From Cyanidioschyzon merolae (taxonomy: Eukaryota), in assembly GCA_000091205.1 (NCBI GenBank), contig AP006485.2: a DNA stretch of 64,000 nucleotides; one strand, 5' to 3'. The translations under genes and the position numbers were made by a program. Each line of letters starts with the position of its first letter. Position 1 is the first letter of the stretch. Of the stretch, positions 12,278 through 23,811 are shown piece by piece. The notes under the pieces were generated by a model. That model was not told the DNA's origin, did no database searches, and worked only from the letters and a program-made list of their open reading frames with translations.

Positions 12278-13858
12278 TTGAACCAGGCTATACCTCACTG
12301 CCGACAAGGGCATGCAGATCTTCTCAGCAAGATTGCCGAAGGAATGGAACAGCGGCGGTCTGACCATAGGCGCTGGGGCCCACGGGAGCACTTGCGGCGC
12401 CTAGACTGGCAGTTTGCAGCGTTGCTGAACAGACACGCTCGCTGGGTCCATTTGCTCGAAGAAGCATTACACCTTGTCGCGGTGCTCGGTGCACCTGGAG
12501 GCAATGTGGAGCTGCGCGCAGAGGCAGTCTCCGTTCTCGCTGGAGCTCTGGAATGGTACCGTCGGAGACGTCGCACGCCTCTGAGAGAAGCAGCTGCGCT
12601 TCCTGCCACGTTAAATTCCCTGCGCTGGGCCGAGACGCTCGTATCGATGCTCCGCGTGATCGAGCATACGGAGCTGCTCCTGGAAATGTTGAGCCAGAGC
12701 GACGTACCCGAAAGTCTGGACGGAACGGACCGCTGGCGACACGACGCAGACCCGAGCGGCGCCACAAACGACTCTGCTATGGACTGGATGCGCATCCGCC
12801 AAAACCATTGGTTTTATTCCTGGATTGGTACTCGAGTGCGAGCTGCAAACCTAGGAAACGCGCTTGAGTCGGCGCATGCGCGCACCCACTATTCCAGAGG
12901 CTTCCGACGCTCCTACAACATGGTACTGGTCCTTGAAACGCTCAAGGCGGTCCTGCGAACCGCCGTTCCCGAGCAGACGAACAACCTCTCCTCAACAAGA
13001 GGTGCATATGACTGTGCGCAGAATGAACGTGCACAGATCAAGAAGATGCTGCTCGACTGGGAGCGACAGGGAGCACTGCAACTCCGGATTGTTCCTCGGC
13101 GCGGCGAGCGCAGTGGACGTTCATTTTTCACCTCAATACGTCCAACAACAACAACAACAACAACGGTTCTTGGTGACATAACGCCAACTGAACCCCCTCC
13201 ATTGAGGCGGCCCAGTCAAGCAACCGTCGCTGATGAGCAGGCATGTGCGGAGCAAACCTGTTCCAAATACGCGAACATGGATCAGAGGCATCCGACTGCA
13301 GCCGCCTCAGTACCGATTGAGGACATCTTCATGTTTGTTGCTGATCGGCGCGGGCTCGTTATGGCTGAACGACTCTGGGCGGCGACTGAACGCTACCTAC
13401 AGAGCATTCACGAGCAAAATGCGCAGAGGAACCGGCGAAGCGCTGCAGGTGCTGCACCCTTCGTATGGGTTCCCGGTGACGATCTCCGTTCCAAGATCGC
13501 CACTTGGATCCGCGTTTGGCGACCAGTTATCTATCTTGCCTTTGTGCCACGTGTCGCACCGTGGAGTAGTTGGCTCATTTCGTTCATGCTGGATGTGATA
13601 TCGAGGCGCTGGTTGTTGCAGGGTGGCGGTGACGGCTCGCCTGCTGGCGACATTTCACACCGAGAAGGGGTCCGGATACCACCACCTTCGCCGCTGCTCT
13701 TGTACCTGTTACGAGAACCCGTATACTCCAACGTTATCGTTCGCTGTGTGCTTTTGCCGTGGATGCGTCGCGGCCGAATGCATCGATTTGTGGGATCATT
13801 GGCACTGGGCCTCACTCAGGCCGCTACAAAGTATTACTTCCTCACCGCTGCATCGTAG
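12278..13858 (+). CDS. hypothetical protein (526 aa); Arg-rich N-terminus and a hydrophobic C-terminus
   Basis: Track ORF. No family is recognised with confidence. It contains WFYSWIG and LLLYLLREPVYS strings that weakly recall peroxin PEX16 motifs (YFYSWG; LLLYYLLRSPFY), but their order does not match. Confidence 0.4.
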   Translation: MNQAIPHCRQGHADLLSKIAEGMEQRRSDHRRWGPREHLRRLDWQFAALLNRHARWVHLLEEALHLVAVLGAPGGNVELRAEAVSVLAGALEWYRRRRRTPLREAAALPATLNSLRWAETLVSMLRVIEHTELLLEMLSQSDVPESLDGTDRWRHDADPSGATNDSAMDWMRIRQNHWFYSWIGTRVRAANLGNALESAHARTHYSRGFRRSYNMVLVLETLKAVLRTAVPEQTNNLSSTRGAYDCAQNERAQIKKMLLDWERQGALQLRIVPRRGERSGRSFFTSIRPTTTTTTTVLGDITPTEPPPLRRPSQATVADEQACAEQTCSKYANMDQRHPTAAASVPIEDIFMFVADRRGLVMAERLWAATERYLQSIHEQNAQRNRRSAAGAAPFVWVPGDDLRSKIATWIRVWRPVIYLAFVPRVAPWSSWLISFMLDVISRRWLLQGGGDGSPAGDISHREGVRIPPPSPLLLYLLREPVYSNVIVRCVLLPWMRRGRMHRFVGSLALGLTQAATKYYFLTAAS

Positions 13859-14291
13859 GAGATTCTGAAGACATCGCTATCCGTATGCGGCTTGTAATCG
13901 CCGTCTCACTCGGCATGCTTTCGGGCAGGCACCATCATTGTTTGAGCGAGGTGCACAGCTTCAGCGATTGGTTGTGACCAGTACGGGCACAGCTTCCTGA
14001 AGCATTCCCTTCAACTTATGCCATGTGTTTTCTGGTGCCGCGGTACCGAAGCAAGTATGCGTCCGCAGTGGCATTTTACGCATCCATCGAAAGCAGGATC
14101 CGGGCTCGTACGAAAGCGCTACACCGCCCTGTCGTCCTGCAGTGAGGGGACCGCCCGTGTTCGCTTGTGAACATGCTCTTTCGGTAACAGCATACGTTTC
14201 TGAAAGGAGCGATGGACACACTATCGCGTGGACGCTCTCTCCTGTCCACCACAGACACGATTGAAGCAGCGCGGATGCATCTGCGCCAGCG

Positions 14292-14930
14292 TTAGCCCCA
14301 CTGCGATCGCAGCTTCCACGCAGCCAACTGTGCATCGTTCAAAACGCCTTCATATGACTTAAGCTCTGCATCCCAGCTAAGGTGGCGATCAAGGCGACAA
14401 CCAAGCGAGTCCGGATGCGTGCTCCCGCAGCACGACCAGCGATACTGGAGGACCCACCGACTCGCTGAGCCCGTATCTCTTCCGTACTCGGGCCAGGTGA
14501 GTGAGGCTTCGGCTTCTTCGCGAGGCACCATGAACAATCGATAGTAGCCGCGGTCGCCAAGCGGGTGTCCGTGGAAACGACAAGCTCGCTTGTGGTTGAG
14601 ACGCTCTTCGAACAGCTCGCCACAACGTCGACAACGCCCAAGGCGCAACACAATTGGCTCTGTATCCACGTCTTTCGGAGCATTTTCCTCGGGTCCCGGT
14701 GATGAAGGCGTTTTCCTGGAGTTGTCCCCCGCACAGCTTGAGTGCCAGCCACGACGCGAGGTTCGCACGTGTCCGAGGCTGCGGACTCCCCGAGCACCCC
14801 GCCGACCAGCTTGCCTGGGTCGACCAGGTAACGAGCGAGACCACTCGTCACCACGGCGCAGGTCGTTGCGCAGCCTGAGCGCTCCTGTCCAGGATCTGGG
14901 AACACAAAGATTAACCTGTATGGTAAACAT
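14292..14930 (-). CDS. hypothetical protein with a C-terminal Cys/His-rich (zinc-ribbon-like) region
   Basis: Track ORF of 212 aa. The C-terminal half reads CRRCGELFEERLNHKRACRFHGH ... WSCCGSTHPDSLGCRLDRH. The overlapping 228-aa ORF 14339..15025 in another frame looks non-coding. The N-terminal extent is uncertain. Confidence 0.35.
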   Translation of the reverse strand: MFTIQVNLCVPRSWTGALRLRNDLRRGDEWSRSLPGRPRQAGRRGARGVRSLGHVRTSRRGWHSSCAGDNSRKTPSSPGPEENAPKDVDTEPIVLRLGRCRRCGELFEERLNHKRACRFHGHPLGDRGYYRLFMVPREEAEASLTWPEYGRDTGSASRWVLQYRWSCCGSTHPDSLGCRLDRHLSWDAELKSYEGVLNDAQLAAWKLRSQWG

Positions 14931-17113
14931 AGTGAATTCGTCGTTTCCCGGGCACGATACGCTCGAGGAGAAGTACGCGCTTCGAAACGGTATCGCGTCA
15001 TCGGGATTCCTGCTGGGCTACGCACGTGTCCTTGTATGCAAAGATTGTCTCATGTTCCCATAGACGCCCTCAGCGCTACCGCTTCTTCTATCCTCATATG
15101 CACCCGCGCTAGACTTGAAAAGACCAGGTACACGAACACGGGTGCATGCACGAGAGGTTTGGATGCCTTCCTCATGTCATGGACACCATTTTTAGGGGTT
15201 TTCCCTGCAGCTGCTTCGTTTGCCAGTCCACTCACGCCGTCCTTCAAAGAGGCCGGTCTGTCGTATCCCTGTAGCTCCGGTGCCAATAGTCGAAGGGTGA
15301 TGCTGAAGCTCACGATGATCACGGCAGCGTCCAGGTTCCATAGCCGCTGATTCCGGCGGTTGTCAACGCATTCCATGCCCAGACGAAATGAGCGATCAAG
15401 ATATCGCTTGACGCATTCGTCCTCTTTGTGACCGGCCTCGGTGCGCTTTGCGCAGCGGCGACGCCATGTGCTGCTCCGCTCTACTCACAGCTGTACCATA
15501 AAACCTTATATTCGGAGAACTGCTGTGTTGCACTTGAACATTTGCTTCATCGCTTGGTACACGCTCTTGTCGGGGACGAGAGAATCACCTTGTTGTCGGC
15601 CTCGGTTTCCGCGTTCGGTACCTACCCTACGATCACGTTCGCCTTCTGGGCGATTCCGTCGACGATGACGCTGGCGTATTCGATAGAGAGTTCTTGGAGC
15701 ACGATATTGTCCGAGATGAAACAGGTACAACAGCGGGGATATCCAGACTGGAGGACATGTCGAGAGGTCTCCTCCCGTGTACGCTTACCTCATGCGAAGC
15801 GTTTCCATACGCTCCACTGGAAGCGACCCCTCTGATGACTGCATTCTGTGTCGAGTAGTCTTCTCCGTGCAAATAGAACAGACGGGAGCCTCTGTTGGCA
15901 CATCCCATGATAAGTACCACGATGCTACGGAAAGCTGATTCGTCGACAGTAGCGCTAGAAGAAAAGCGAACCGTTTGTCGTTCGAAACGAATCTCATACG
16001 GATCGCGAGATGTTCAGTGTGCTATCGGCATAAGCTGTGAACAAGTCGTCAACCTCGACATCAAGGTACTTTCCTCGTCGATCCAGCGGCATGCCTTGCT
16101 GCACATACGAGTTCCGTGGCAACAGAGCAAGCGTCCTGTTGTCTTCTGCGTTGTTCATGCGAGCTCCAATGATGGAAAGAAGAAGTTTGGAGTCCTCTAC
16201 CAATAAACTTGATTATGATATAGGCTACGATACGAACGCTTGTTCGACGGCTTCGCGAACCATCTTGATCCAGTTGAGTTGACGAATTTCAGCAGCAAAG
16301 CATCGAAGGCAACATTCCTATACGACGACCGCGAATCCTGACACGACTTGTGAATCCGTAGGAACTGATGGTGCACGGTGAATGCCCAGGCTGTATACCC
16401 GAAAAGAATACGGAAAGAATCATAGCGCTAGAACAGTGCAAGCAGTTAAAAATGTTCTATTCGTGTCGGCAACGGACGAGGTGCACCAGAGCCCCTGTCC
16501 AGTTTCGTCGCATCGCGGCACATAAACGTGCCTACAGTATAAACAGCACTTGTGCACAAACGGATCGATGGATGGATTTTACGTAGTAGATGAGCGCATA
16601 CCCGGGCGCCTGGCGGATCGTTCAGAGTCTTGCGTCCACAACGTTTCGGACGTACCGTCCCCGACGTTGCGTTCACAGAGACTACAAGCAACACCATCGG
16701 AAACCCGACACCGTCGAAAGCGCACCTATTGCGTTTCCGGACCTGGTGCCTTTGAGGCGCTACAGAGTTGTGAAAGTTTCCGCACATATCGCAGCGACGC
16801 CAAAGTGGGGTATTCGCTCTGCAAAGCAGGTACTTTGACGGACAGCAAGCGATCGAATGCTTGCCTGCGACACATCAAGATGCTGTAGCCCGAATATCCT
16901 CCACACTTCTGTTACGCACTGTCCAGAGCGTACCTCGGTACCGTGCTCGGCAATAAAAATTCATACAAGCTGCAGGTAAGTCGGCACATGAATGCTACAA
17001 ATGGAAACCTTTACACGCGATGATAAACGATACGCATATCCCATGCAGGATGCACGTTCTCATGCAAGTCAACGTCGATATCAGGAGCCAGCGTGGACGC
17101 ACTCGGTGCGACC

Positions 17114-18787
17114 CTACGCTACCTCAGAGACCCGTGTGCTGTACAATGCTGCGTGCTGAAATCCGCTTACAATATGGAAGGTCGAATTCGCAAACTCGGC
17201 TCCATCCGCAGGGCTTGCACGAAAGACATGTACAGGTTCCCAGAAATCGATCGTTCCCGCTCCAGCATCCGGTACCATACGATCGCCTAGTCCGAGTGCT
17301 CCACAGAGGCCGCTGCCCCAACTGTAGAGATCCACGTGACTGTTCTGTATGCCTACGCGAATCGCGTAACTCGTCCGGTAGCCAGCAGCAATGTCGATGA
17401 TGCTCGCGTCAGACTGGGCATCCATGAAAGCTTCTATAGGCTGCGGTGACTGCACTGCATGGGAGGCTTGAGTCCCGTAACCCAGACCCAAGCAACCGTT
17501 TTCGTTACTGCCCCAGCTGTAGACCATCCGACGACGGAGCCCGTCTGGCGCCAACTCGACGAGCACCAGCACGTGGTTGAATCCGAACGCAACCTTTTGG
17601 ACTCGCCCTCGAATCGACGGCAGCGGAGTCGGTTCCCAGAAGATCCTGTCGGAGAACTTGCCCCAGACAACGAGCTCACCGCTCTTCTTCAGGATTGCAC
17701 CGGCTGCGTTGAAGCCAGCAAAGAGCTTTGCCACCGGTTCGCCGTGCAGTGCACGCAGCCGTCGAAAAGTCCCCACGAAGCGCTGTCCGCCTGGACCAGA
17801 GAGCGTCTGGTCCACAGTCGCAGGATGTCCTAAACCCAGTTGTCCGTACTCGATGGAGCCGCTGCCGTAGACACTGCCATCAGCAGCGCGTATGAGTGTG
17901 AACTGATCCCCACAGACTGCCTGCACGGCATGAACGTTTGATCGGGCCAATGCTTCGACAAGCAGCGGGCGTTCGATCGTTTTCGGAACGGATGCAATGC
18001 CCCGAGCGCTCCGTCCAGTAGACACATGCCCCAGTTGCCCGTGGGTGCCACGTCCACACGTATACACGTGTCCATCCGAGGACACCCAAACCGAATGGGC
18101 AGCACCAGCCGCTACATCCGAAAGGTGCGGCTGCTGCTGAGGTGCCCAGCGAACAGCGAGCGGTGTCCAACGCGACCAGCGCATCCAGCGCCATGGCCAA
18201 CGACTGAAGCCAACTTGCTGCTGCTGGTGCTGCTGCTGGTGCAACCATGCAGTGAGCAGCGACTGGAGTGGTGCACGCGGCACCAGCGCTTCCGAAGGCA
18301 GTCCGAGCTGACCCTCGGACCCGAGACCGAAGCTATACGCGTCCCCGTTCTCCAGCAGCACGATGGAGTGCGCAGCTCCAAGCGCAACCCGTTTGATGGA
18401 ACTCGGCAAATTGTCGAGGGCCTCGGGCCTCGTACAGCGTCGCCCAGCACCAAAGTCGCGATCCAGCTCCGTTCGTGAGAGCGGTACCCCGAGACGGCCG
18501 TCGTCTGCGTTACCCCAAAACCAAACAACGCCTTTCGGTTTGCTGTGCGACTCCTCAGTGGCACCGAGGTCTTGCGCCTTTACCGAGAAGCGCCGAGCGC
18601 CGAGCTTGGGAGCGATGAACCCTAGCGCAGTACTGAGTGCCCGCTGCAGGTCACTCGGGCAGCGCTCTATTACCTGGAATCCTGCGAAGGGATGCAGGCC
18701 GGTAAAACCACGCCCAAGCTTGAACGCGTATCGCAACTGCATTCGGTCTCCAGTCGACGATAGCAGTGCAGTAGTAGAACCAGTCAC
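17114..18787 (-). CDS. RCC1-repeat (regulator of chromosome condensation-like) protein
   Basis: Track ORF of 557 aa. It carries six or more RCC1-type blades: VYSWGSNENGCLGLGYG, LYSWGSGLCGALGLGD, AYSFGLGSEGQLGLPS, VYTCGRGTHGQLGH, VYGSGSIEYGQLGLGH, VVWGKF. There is a His/Gln-rich insert. Confidence 0.7.
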   Translation of the reverse strand: MTGSTTALLSSTGDRMQLRYAFKLGRGFTGLHPFAGFQVIERCPSDLQRALSTALGFIAPKLGARRFSVKAQDLGATEESHSKPKGVVWFWGNADDGRLGVPLSRTELDRDFGAGRRCTRPEALDNLPSSIKRVALGAAHSIVLLENGDAYSFGLGSEGQLGLPSEALVPRAPLQSLLTAWLHQQQHQQQQVGFSRWPWRWMRWSRWTPLAVRWAPQQQPHLSDVAAGAAHSVWVSSDGHVYTCGRGTHGQLGHVSTGRSARGIASVPKTIERPLLVEALARSNVHAVQAVCGDQFTLIRAADGSVYGSGSIEYGQLGLGHPATVDQTLSGPGGQRFVGTFRRLRALHGEPVAKLFAGFNAAGAILKKSGELVVWGKFSDRIFWEPTPLPSIRGRVQKVAFGFNHVLVLVELAPDGLRRRMVYSWGSNENGCLGLGYGTQASHAVQSPQPIEAFMDAQSDASIIDIAAGYRTSYAIRVGIQNSHVDLYSWGSGLCGALGLGDRMVPDAGAGTIDFWEPVHVFRASPADGAEFANSTFHIVSGFQHAALYSTRVSEVA

Positions 18788-19259
18788 GAAGCCAAAGTGC
18801 TTTGCATATGTTCAGTGCATCTCCTGGAAGCTCCGTGTTTTGTACGATACCAGTATACACACAAACACGAACACGAACAAACAAAGCCCTGCTAACGTTC
18901 ACGTTTCCACCCCGAATACCCCTGAATGCCTCGAGGCGATAACGATCCGCCTGTACCGCTGGGCAGTTGCCGGCGTCTATCAAGTAGTCGTACGGGAAAA
19001 CAGGGGAGTAGGAAGCGTGTCTTCGACTGCACCTGTTTCACTGGGGTTAAGATCGAGCACTCGTGTCCAGGACTGCTCTTGCGTTGCTGCTTTCTTGATC
19101 GGTCGCAAGATACCAGTCTCTTCGGTGCGGGCTTGGACGGCTTCTACAGAGGCTGCGGAGCAGCCGACAGGGATCAGCGCGCTCACGCGGTTTCGAGTCC
19201 GAGCACTGGGACACTTGAGGCGGCTTAGGACTTGAGCACTCGCGTGCTCACTGCACGAG

Positions 19260-20258
19260 GTGCCGCATGCAGCGATGCTGGAGTTCGTGAACCGCGACAG
19301 CGGGCGAGGCATCAACTTGTTGGTCGACACCCTGGCTGGCGGTCTCGCCGGAGCACTCGCTGACCTACTGATGCACCCCGTGGACACCATAAAAGCTCGC
19401 CTCCAAGTCCAGCAGTCTAGTCGAGTCAAGCGATCCGGGGAGTCGCGCTGGTCGAGTCGCGATGAGCTGGCTCACGGGCGACCCTATCGCGGTATGTTGG
19501 ACTGTGCGGTTCGCATCGTTAGGGAGCAGGGCGTGCGCGGCGGCCTGTATGCAGGACTTTCAGCTGTACTACTCGGAAGCGTACCATCCCATGCGATTAC
19601 CTTCGCTTCGTACAAATACCTTAAATCCTGGACACCTGGCGGCGGCTACGGAGCAGACGGCATCCCCAACTGGTGGAGCGACGTGGTATCCGCGTCTGCA
19701 GCCGACTTGTTAGCCCTGTCAACGTACGTTCCTGCAGAGGTTGTGGCGAAACGTCTGCAAGTTGCTGGTATGGGGCCTGCTCGGGACTACAGCTCGCCAT
19801 TTCACGCTCTGCGAGTGATCGCTCGAACCGAAGGCATTCGCAAGGGTCTGTATGCTGGGGCAACTGCCACCATGTTTCGTGATGTGCCGTTTACGGCGCT
19901 CCAGTTTGCCATTTTCGAGCAGATGAAGTCGCTGTTGGGAGATTTTGCCCAGACTTCGGGCGGCATGTTGTTGTGCGGTTTGACGGCCGGCGCTGGTGCC
20001 GGGGCGGCAACAACCCCTCTGGATGTCGTCAAGACTCGCTTACAAACGCAACACATTGGTGCGGATCGCGCTTACCGAGGCGTGCTCCATTGTCTTCGCA
20101 CGATTCTCGCTGAGGAAGGGCCTGCAGCGCTCTTCAAAGGCGTATTCCCGCGAATTGTTTGGGTAGCGCCTGCGTCTGCAGTTACGCTAGCAGCCTATGA
20201 GCAGTTGATTCGCTGGATCCAACCGAACCGTCAGACGCTCACGCCCGCGTCTGAATAG
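19260..20258 (+). CDS. mitochondrial carrier family (SLC25) protein
   Basis: Track ORF of 332 aa with three tandem carrier signatures: PVDTIKARLQ, PAEVVAKRLQ, PLDVVKTRLQ. Total length is ~300 aa. Substrate is not assignable from sequence alone; the signatures recall the S-adenosylmethionine-carrier type. Confidence 0.8.
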   Translation: MPHAAMLEFVNRDSGRGINLLVDTLAGGLAGALADLLMHPVDTIKARLQVQQSSRVKRSGESRWSSRDELAHGRPYRGMLDCAVRIVREQGVRGGLYAGLSAVLLGSVPSHAITFASYKYLKSWTPGGGYGADGIPNWWSDVVSASAADLLALSTYVPAEVVAKRLQVAGMGPARDYSSPFHALRVIARTEGIRKGLYAGATATMFRDVPFTALQFAIFEQMKSLLGDFAQTSGGMLLCGLTAGAGAGAATTPLDVVKTRLQTQHIGADRAYRGVLHCLRTILAEEGPAALFKGVFPRIVWVAPASAVTLAAYEQLIRWIQPNRQTLTPASE

Positions 20259-21880
20259 TGCAGCGTTGGTAAGATGATTGGCGTTATTTGGAGCTCCACT
20301 GTTCCTGTGCCCAAGGCACACCGGCATGCGGTGCAAGGCCGTAGACCTGGGTACTCTGTACGATTCTGGGCACGCCAGTAGAAGCTGATCTATCAGCGAT
20401 GTGACCCTTTGGAAGCCGACAGTTTCTCTGACAGATCCGTTCGCAACGAAGATACGGAATGCATTTTGCATCAGAGCGGCCGTCGTTATTCGCTCTGCGC
20501 ATCTACGCTGCCTGGATCGCTAACTTTTTTGTGCCCCAGAGCATATATGAACACAGACATTCCAAGTCCTTCGGGATGCTTGATGCTCCCGATGCAGTTC
20601 GTGTCGCGTACGCAGCAGAGGAGGTGTGTGGGGCGCTAGTGGCGTCCTGCGAGCGTCGCCAGGCACAACTTTAGCCTCTGTTCTTGAGATACAGACACCT
20701 GTCACGCAATATTCCTGCCATGCTAGCACCAGTAAATGAGCTCGTAGACAAGTGCAGCGCCGAGACGCCACTCATGCTCTCTGCTGGCTCGCTCCAGCTT
20801 CCCGTATCCAGCACCACTTCGGATCTCGATTCATCGGGTCTGGATAGGATGCCAACGCATGAGTTCTGGCACAGTCGTGCTTTCGCCTCCCATTGAGACG
20901 AGATGTACGGCGACCAGACACGATTCATGCGATGAACGACGTGCATTCGTTCGGCAGCCGCCGGGCAGCGTAGCCGAGGCCCACGCCAAAAGCAAAATCA
21001 GTCGCTGGTGTGGTATCTTTTAGGCTGATGGCGACACCTTACGTCCCGTGGACACGGCCTTGGGCATCGACACGTTCCAGGAACCTGTCGTGGACGCACA
21101 TGTGGTGTCTAGTGCCCGGAAACGCCTCACCAGAGCGTCAGGGCATCGTCCAATGTCTTCCGCTCGGAATCCCTCGACATCGTGGATGCAGCGTATTGCC
21201 GCAGGGCGCTTGTCCGCGACACATGGAACCTCGATGTGCTTCGATTCCGATTATCATGGAATTTTGCGGTCTCCGAGTTGAACCGAATGCAAGCTTTCTC
21301 AGCAATCAGAGCAATGAACGTCATGGATGCTTGTTGAAACATGCGTTCAGCTTGCCCTGGACCCGCATGTTGCGCAACGTGCCTCTCATGGACACGCTGG
21401 TCGACTCATTTGGTGGTATCGTTCCGCTGCATCCAACAAGGCATCCTCGAGACGCCCGTCGACGTGAGCACACAGCACTCCTGGGACGCACTGTTTGCAC
21501 CTTCGACCCTGCTGCAGGGCATGCGGTGCACTCATGTCGGCTGGTCCGATAGCGTGCATGTATCCACGCTCATGCGACCACGAAGAGCGCTGACTTCCAC
21601 CTCACTTCGATGCAAGGGATACCTGCACTACTCCCGAACGCGTATCAGCGATGCTCTTCGGGTCATCGATACCATAAGAGGAAACGTGAACGACGGCAAT
21701 GGCGCTGTTGCTTCTCTCAGTGGTGCTCGTATACGCCATGGATCAACCAAGCCTCCAATGCATTGTAGACGGGTACACTGCAGATGCTAGACAGCGCCAG
21801 CATCGTCTGGATCGGATTTCGATTGCGCTTACCTCCCGTAAACGTACTTGGAATCTCGCGAACGCAATCTTCTTACACAA

Positions 21881-22140
21881 ATGATCACGACTGCTTGTAT
21901 ACAAGGATAGCTTTCATTCTTGAAAAGAAAAGCCTAGCGGTACGCAGTCAGTGAGCGCAATACGCATATCATGAAGACTGCTTGTAGAAAAGGTCATGTT
22001 CCATTATGGAAAAGAAAAGCATAGCGTTACACGGCCAGCGAGCGCAATACACATATCATCACGACTGCTTGTATACAAGGTCTGCTTCCATTCTTGAAAA
22101 GAAAAGCATAGCGTTATATGGCCAGCGAGCGCAATACACT
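21881..22140. repeat. ~87-bp tandem repeat x3 upstream of the GT92-like gene
   Basis: Units start at ~21881, 21971 and 22058. Each contains gactgcttgta(t/g)a(c/a)aagg ... ttgaaaagaaaagc(a/c)tagcg ... agcgagcgcaatac(a/g)catatc. Confidence 0.75.
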
Positions 22141-22374
22141 TTTGAACGGCACGTTGCGCCCTCGCCGAAAGACTGTTGGCGCCGCCAACGCTTCTGACGG
22201 ATGCGTTTTTTCTCCTCCAATCGCTCTCTAAGGGACATTTGCTGTTGTTCGCCATACCTTTCAATCAAGTTGCCCGCTGCTTCCTGTTTACTTCTACTAG
22301 TGAGGTACTGGCGTCGCTTGTACCTTGGGGAAGGTATATCCGCGTGTAATCTCACTAGATTCGCGTTCTAGGAC

Positions 22375-23811
22375 GTGAACCTTATGGAAGACGACGGGAC
22401 ACGACAATCCTTGCTTAAGCTCGGGGCAAGCCAGCGAAAGCCGAGTTCTAGGACAGCATGCGTCGCTTCCGGCAACGCTTCTGAGGAGTTTGCGGGTTCA
22501 CGGCGGCGGGCCAAGGTGCGTGCCAAGCACTTGATTGCGCTGACTTTTTGTCTGCTGTTTGTGGGCGTCACTGCGTGGTGCGAGCTTCGTTTCGCGCTTC
22601 TTCAATACGTGATCAACGGGGGCTACCCCGAGGACACCGCGCCGGTAACCGATAAGAACCCACGATATCACATACAGATGAGCCTTCAACGACAACTGGG
22701 AAACTTTTGTACCTTTTTAGATCTTTACTACGGGCGCTGCGACGGTGACTACGACTGCTACGCGAAGCTGCTACCGCGGCGTCGAAGAGTGTGGTATCGA
22801 GGGCGCCTTCGCCCAGTGTTTGAGCGGCCTGTAACCGTATCGCCGCTTCCGCGAGGCAGCCGTCTTGACCCGGCGTACTGCCTAACCTCGAACAGTCTGA
22901 TGCCGCTGTCCGCAGAGCAGATAGAGCGGGTGCGGCTCGCGCGGAACTGCCCAGTGCGGCCGCGGTACCTCTGGTTTGTGTACATCGTTCGCGACGAGGC
23001 GAGACTGCTTGTCCAAAACATCCTGCATCATCTTGGGCAGGGTGTCGAGCATTTCCTCGTGTACGACAACGAATCGAGCGATAACCTCTCCAACGCGTTG
23101 GAACCATTTCAAAAGCTCGGTCTGGTGAGCCTCTACAATATTTCAGGCCAGGGAGTGCAGCTGCGCGCCTACGACGATGCGCTCAGCAGGGCGCGACGTG
23201 CAGGCGTGTCCTGGCTCGGAGCTATCGATGCCGATGAGTTTTTCATTTCGACGCGTGCGCCCTGCATACCGAGCGTACTCGAGAAGCTGCAGCGTGAGAA
23301 AAATGCGACAATGGCTGCGCTTGCGGTCAACTGGCGATTCCCAGGGCGGTATCCAAAGCTCTTGAATGCAACAACATTTCCTGCGGAGAGCGCGGTTTTT
23401 TCCATCGGGAGCCCAAACAAGCACGTCAAGTCCATCGTCTACGCGCCCCGCACGAGGTTCTTTAGGTCGCCTCACCATGCGCGTTATGACCCTGGAATGA
23501 AAGCGCTCAGCGTGTCCGGCGAGGTAGTAGAGGGCCCGTTCCAGGAGCCTCCCAGCGCCGAGAACACGGCACTCTTTCACTTCCACTCCAAAAATGTGAA
23601 TGAGTGGATACAAAAACGGATCCGAGGTCGCGCCGATGTTTCCTGGGCTTTCATGAAGACGCAGCCCGAAATATTTTTCAATGATGATCTCGTCTCGTTT
23701 TTCACAGAATGGCTGGGATACACGAAGGCCACCGGGCCGAAAGGCCATCCGCTGGCATTGGCCCTGCGGAACCACACCATAGCGCTAAAACGGGCCATTT
23801 GGGGCTGGTGA
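22375..23811 (+). CDS. glycosyltransferase family 92 (DUF23)-like type II membrane protein
   Basis: Track ORF of 478 aa. An N-terminal signal-anchor LIALTFCLLFVGVTAW is present. The core reads LWFVYIVRDEARLL...FLVYDNESSDN...LRAYDDALS...WLGAIDADEFF with a DxD, typical of Glyco_transf_92. Confidence 0.55.
   Translation: MNLMEDDGTRQSLLKLGASQRKPSSRTACVASGNASEEFAGSRRRAKVRAKHLIALTFCLLFVGVTAWCELRFALLQYVINGGYPEDTAPVTDKNPRYHIQMSLQRQLGNFCTFLDLYYGRCDGDYDCYAKLLPRRRRVWYRGRLRPVFERPVTVSPLPRGSRLDPAYCLTSNSLMPLSAEQIERVRLARNCPVRPRYLWFVYIVRDEARLLVQNILHHLGQGVEHFLVYDNESSDNLSNALEPFQKLGLVSLYNISGQGVQLRAYDDALSRARRAGVSWLGAIDADEFFISTRAPCIPSVLEKLQREKNATMAALAVNWRFPGRYPKLLNATTFPAESAVFSIGSPNKHVKSIVYAPRTRFFRSPHHARYDPGMKALSVSGEVVEGPFQEPPSAENTALFHFHSKNVNEWIQKRIRGRADVSWAFMKTQPEIFFNDDLVSFFTEWLGYTKATGPKGHPLALALRNHTIALKRAIWGW

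Noticed and set aside
14339-15025. 228-aa minus-strand ORF as a gene
   Set aside because: It overlaps the Cys-rich 212-aa ORF in another frame and has no recognisable features, so it is probably spurious.
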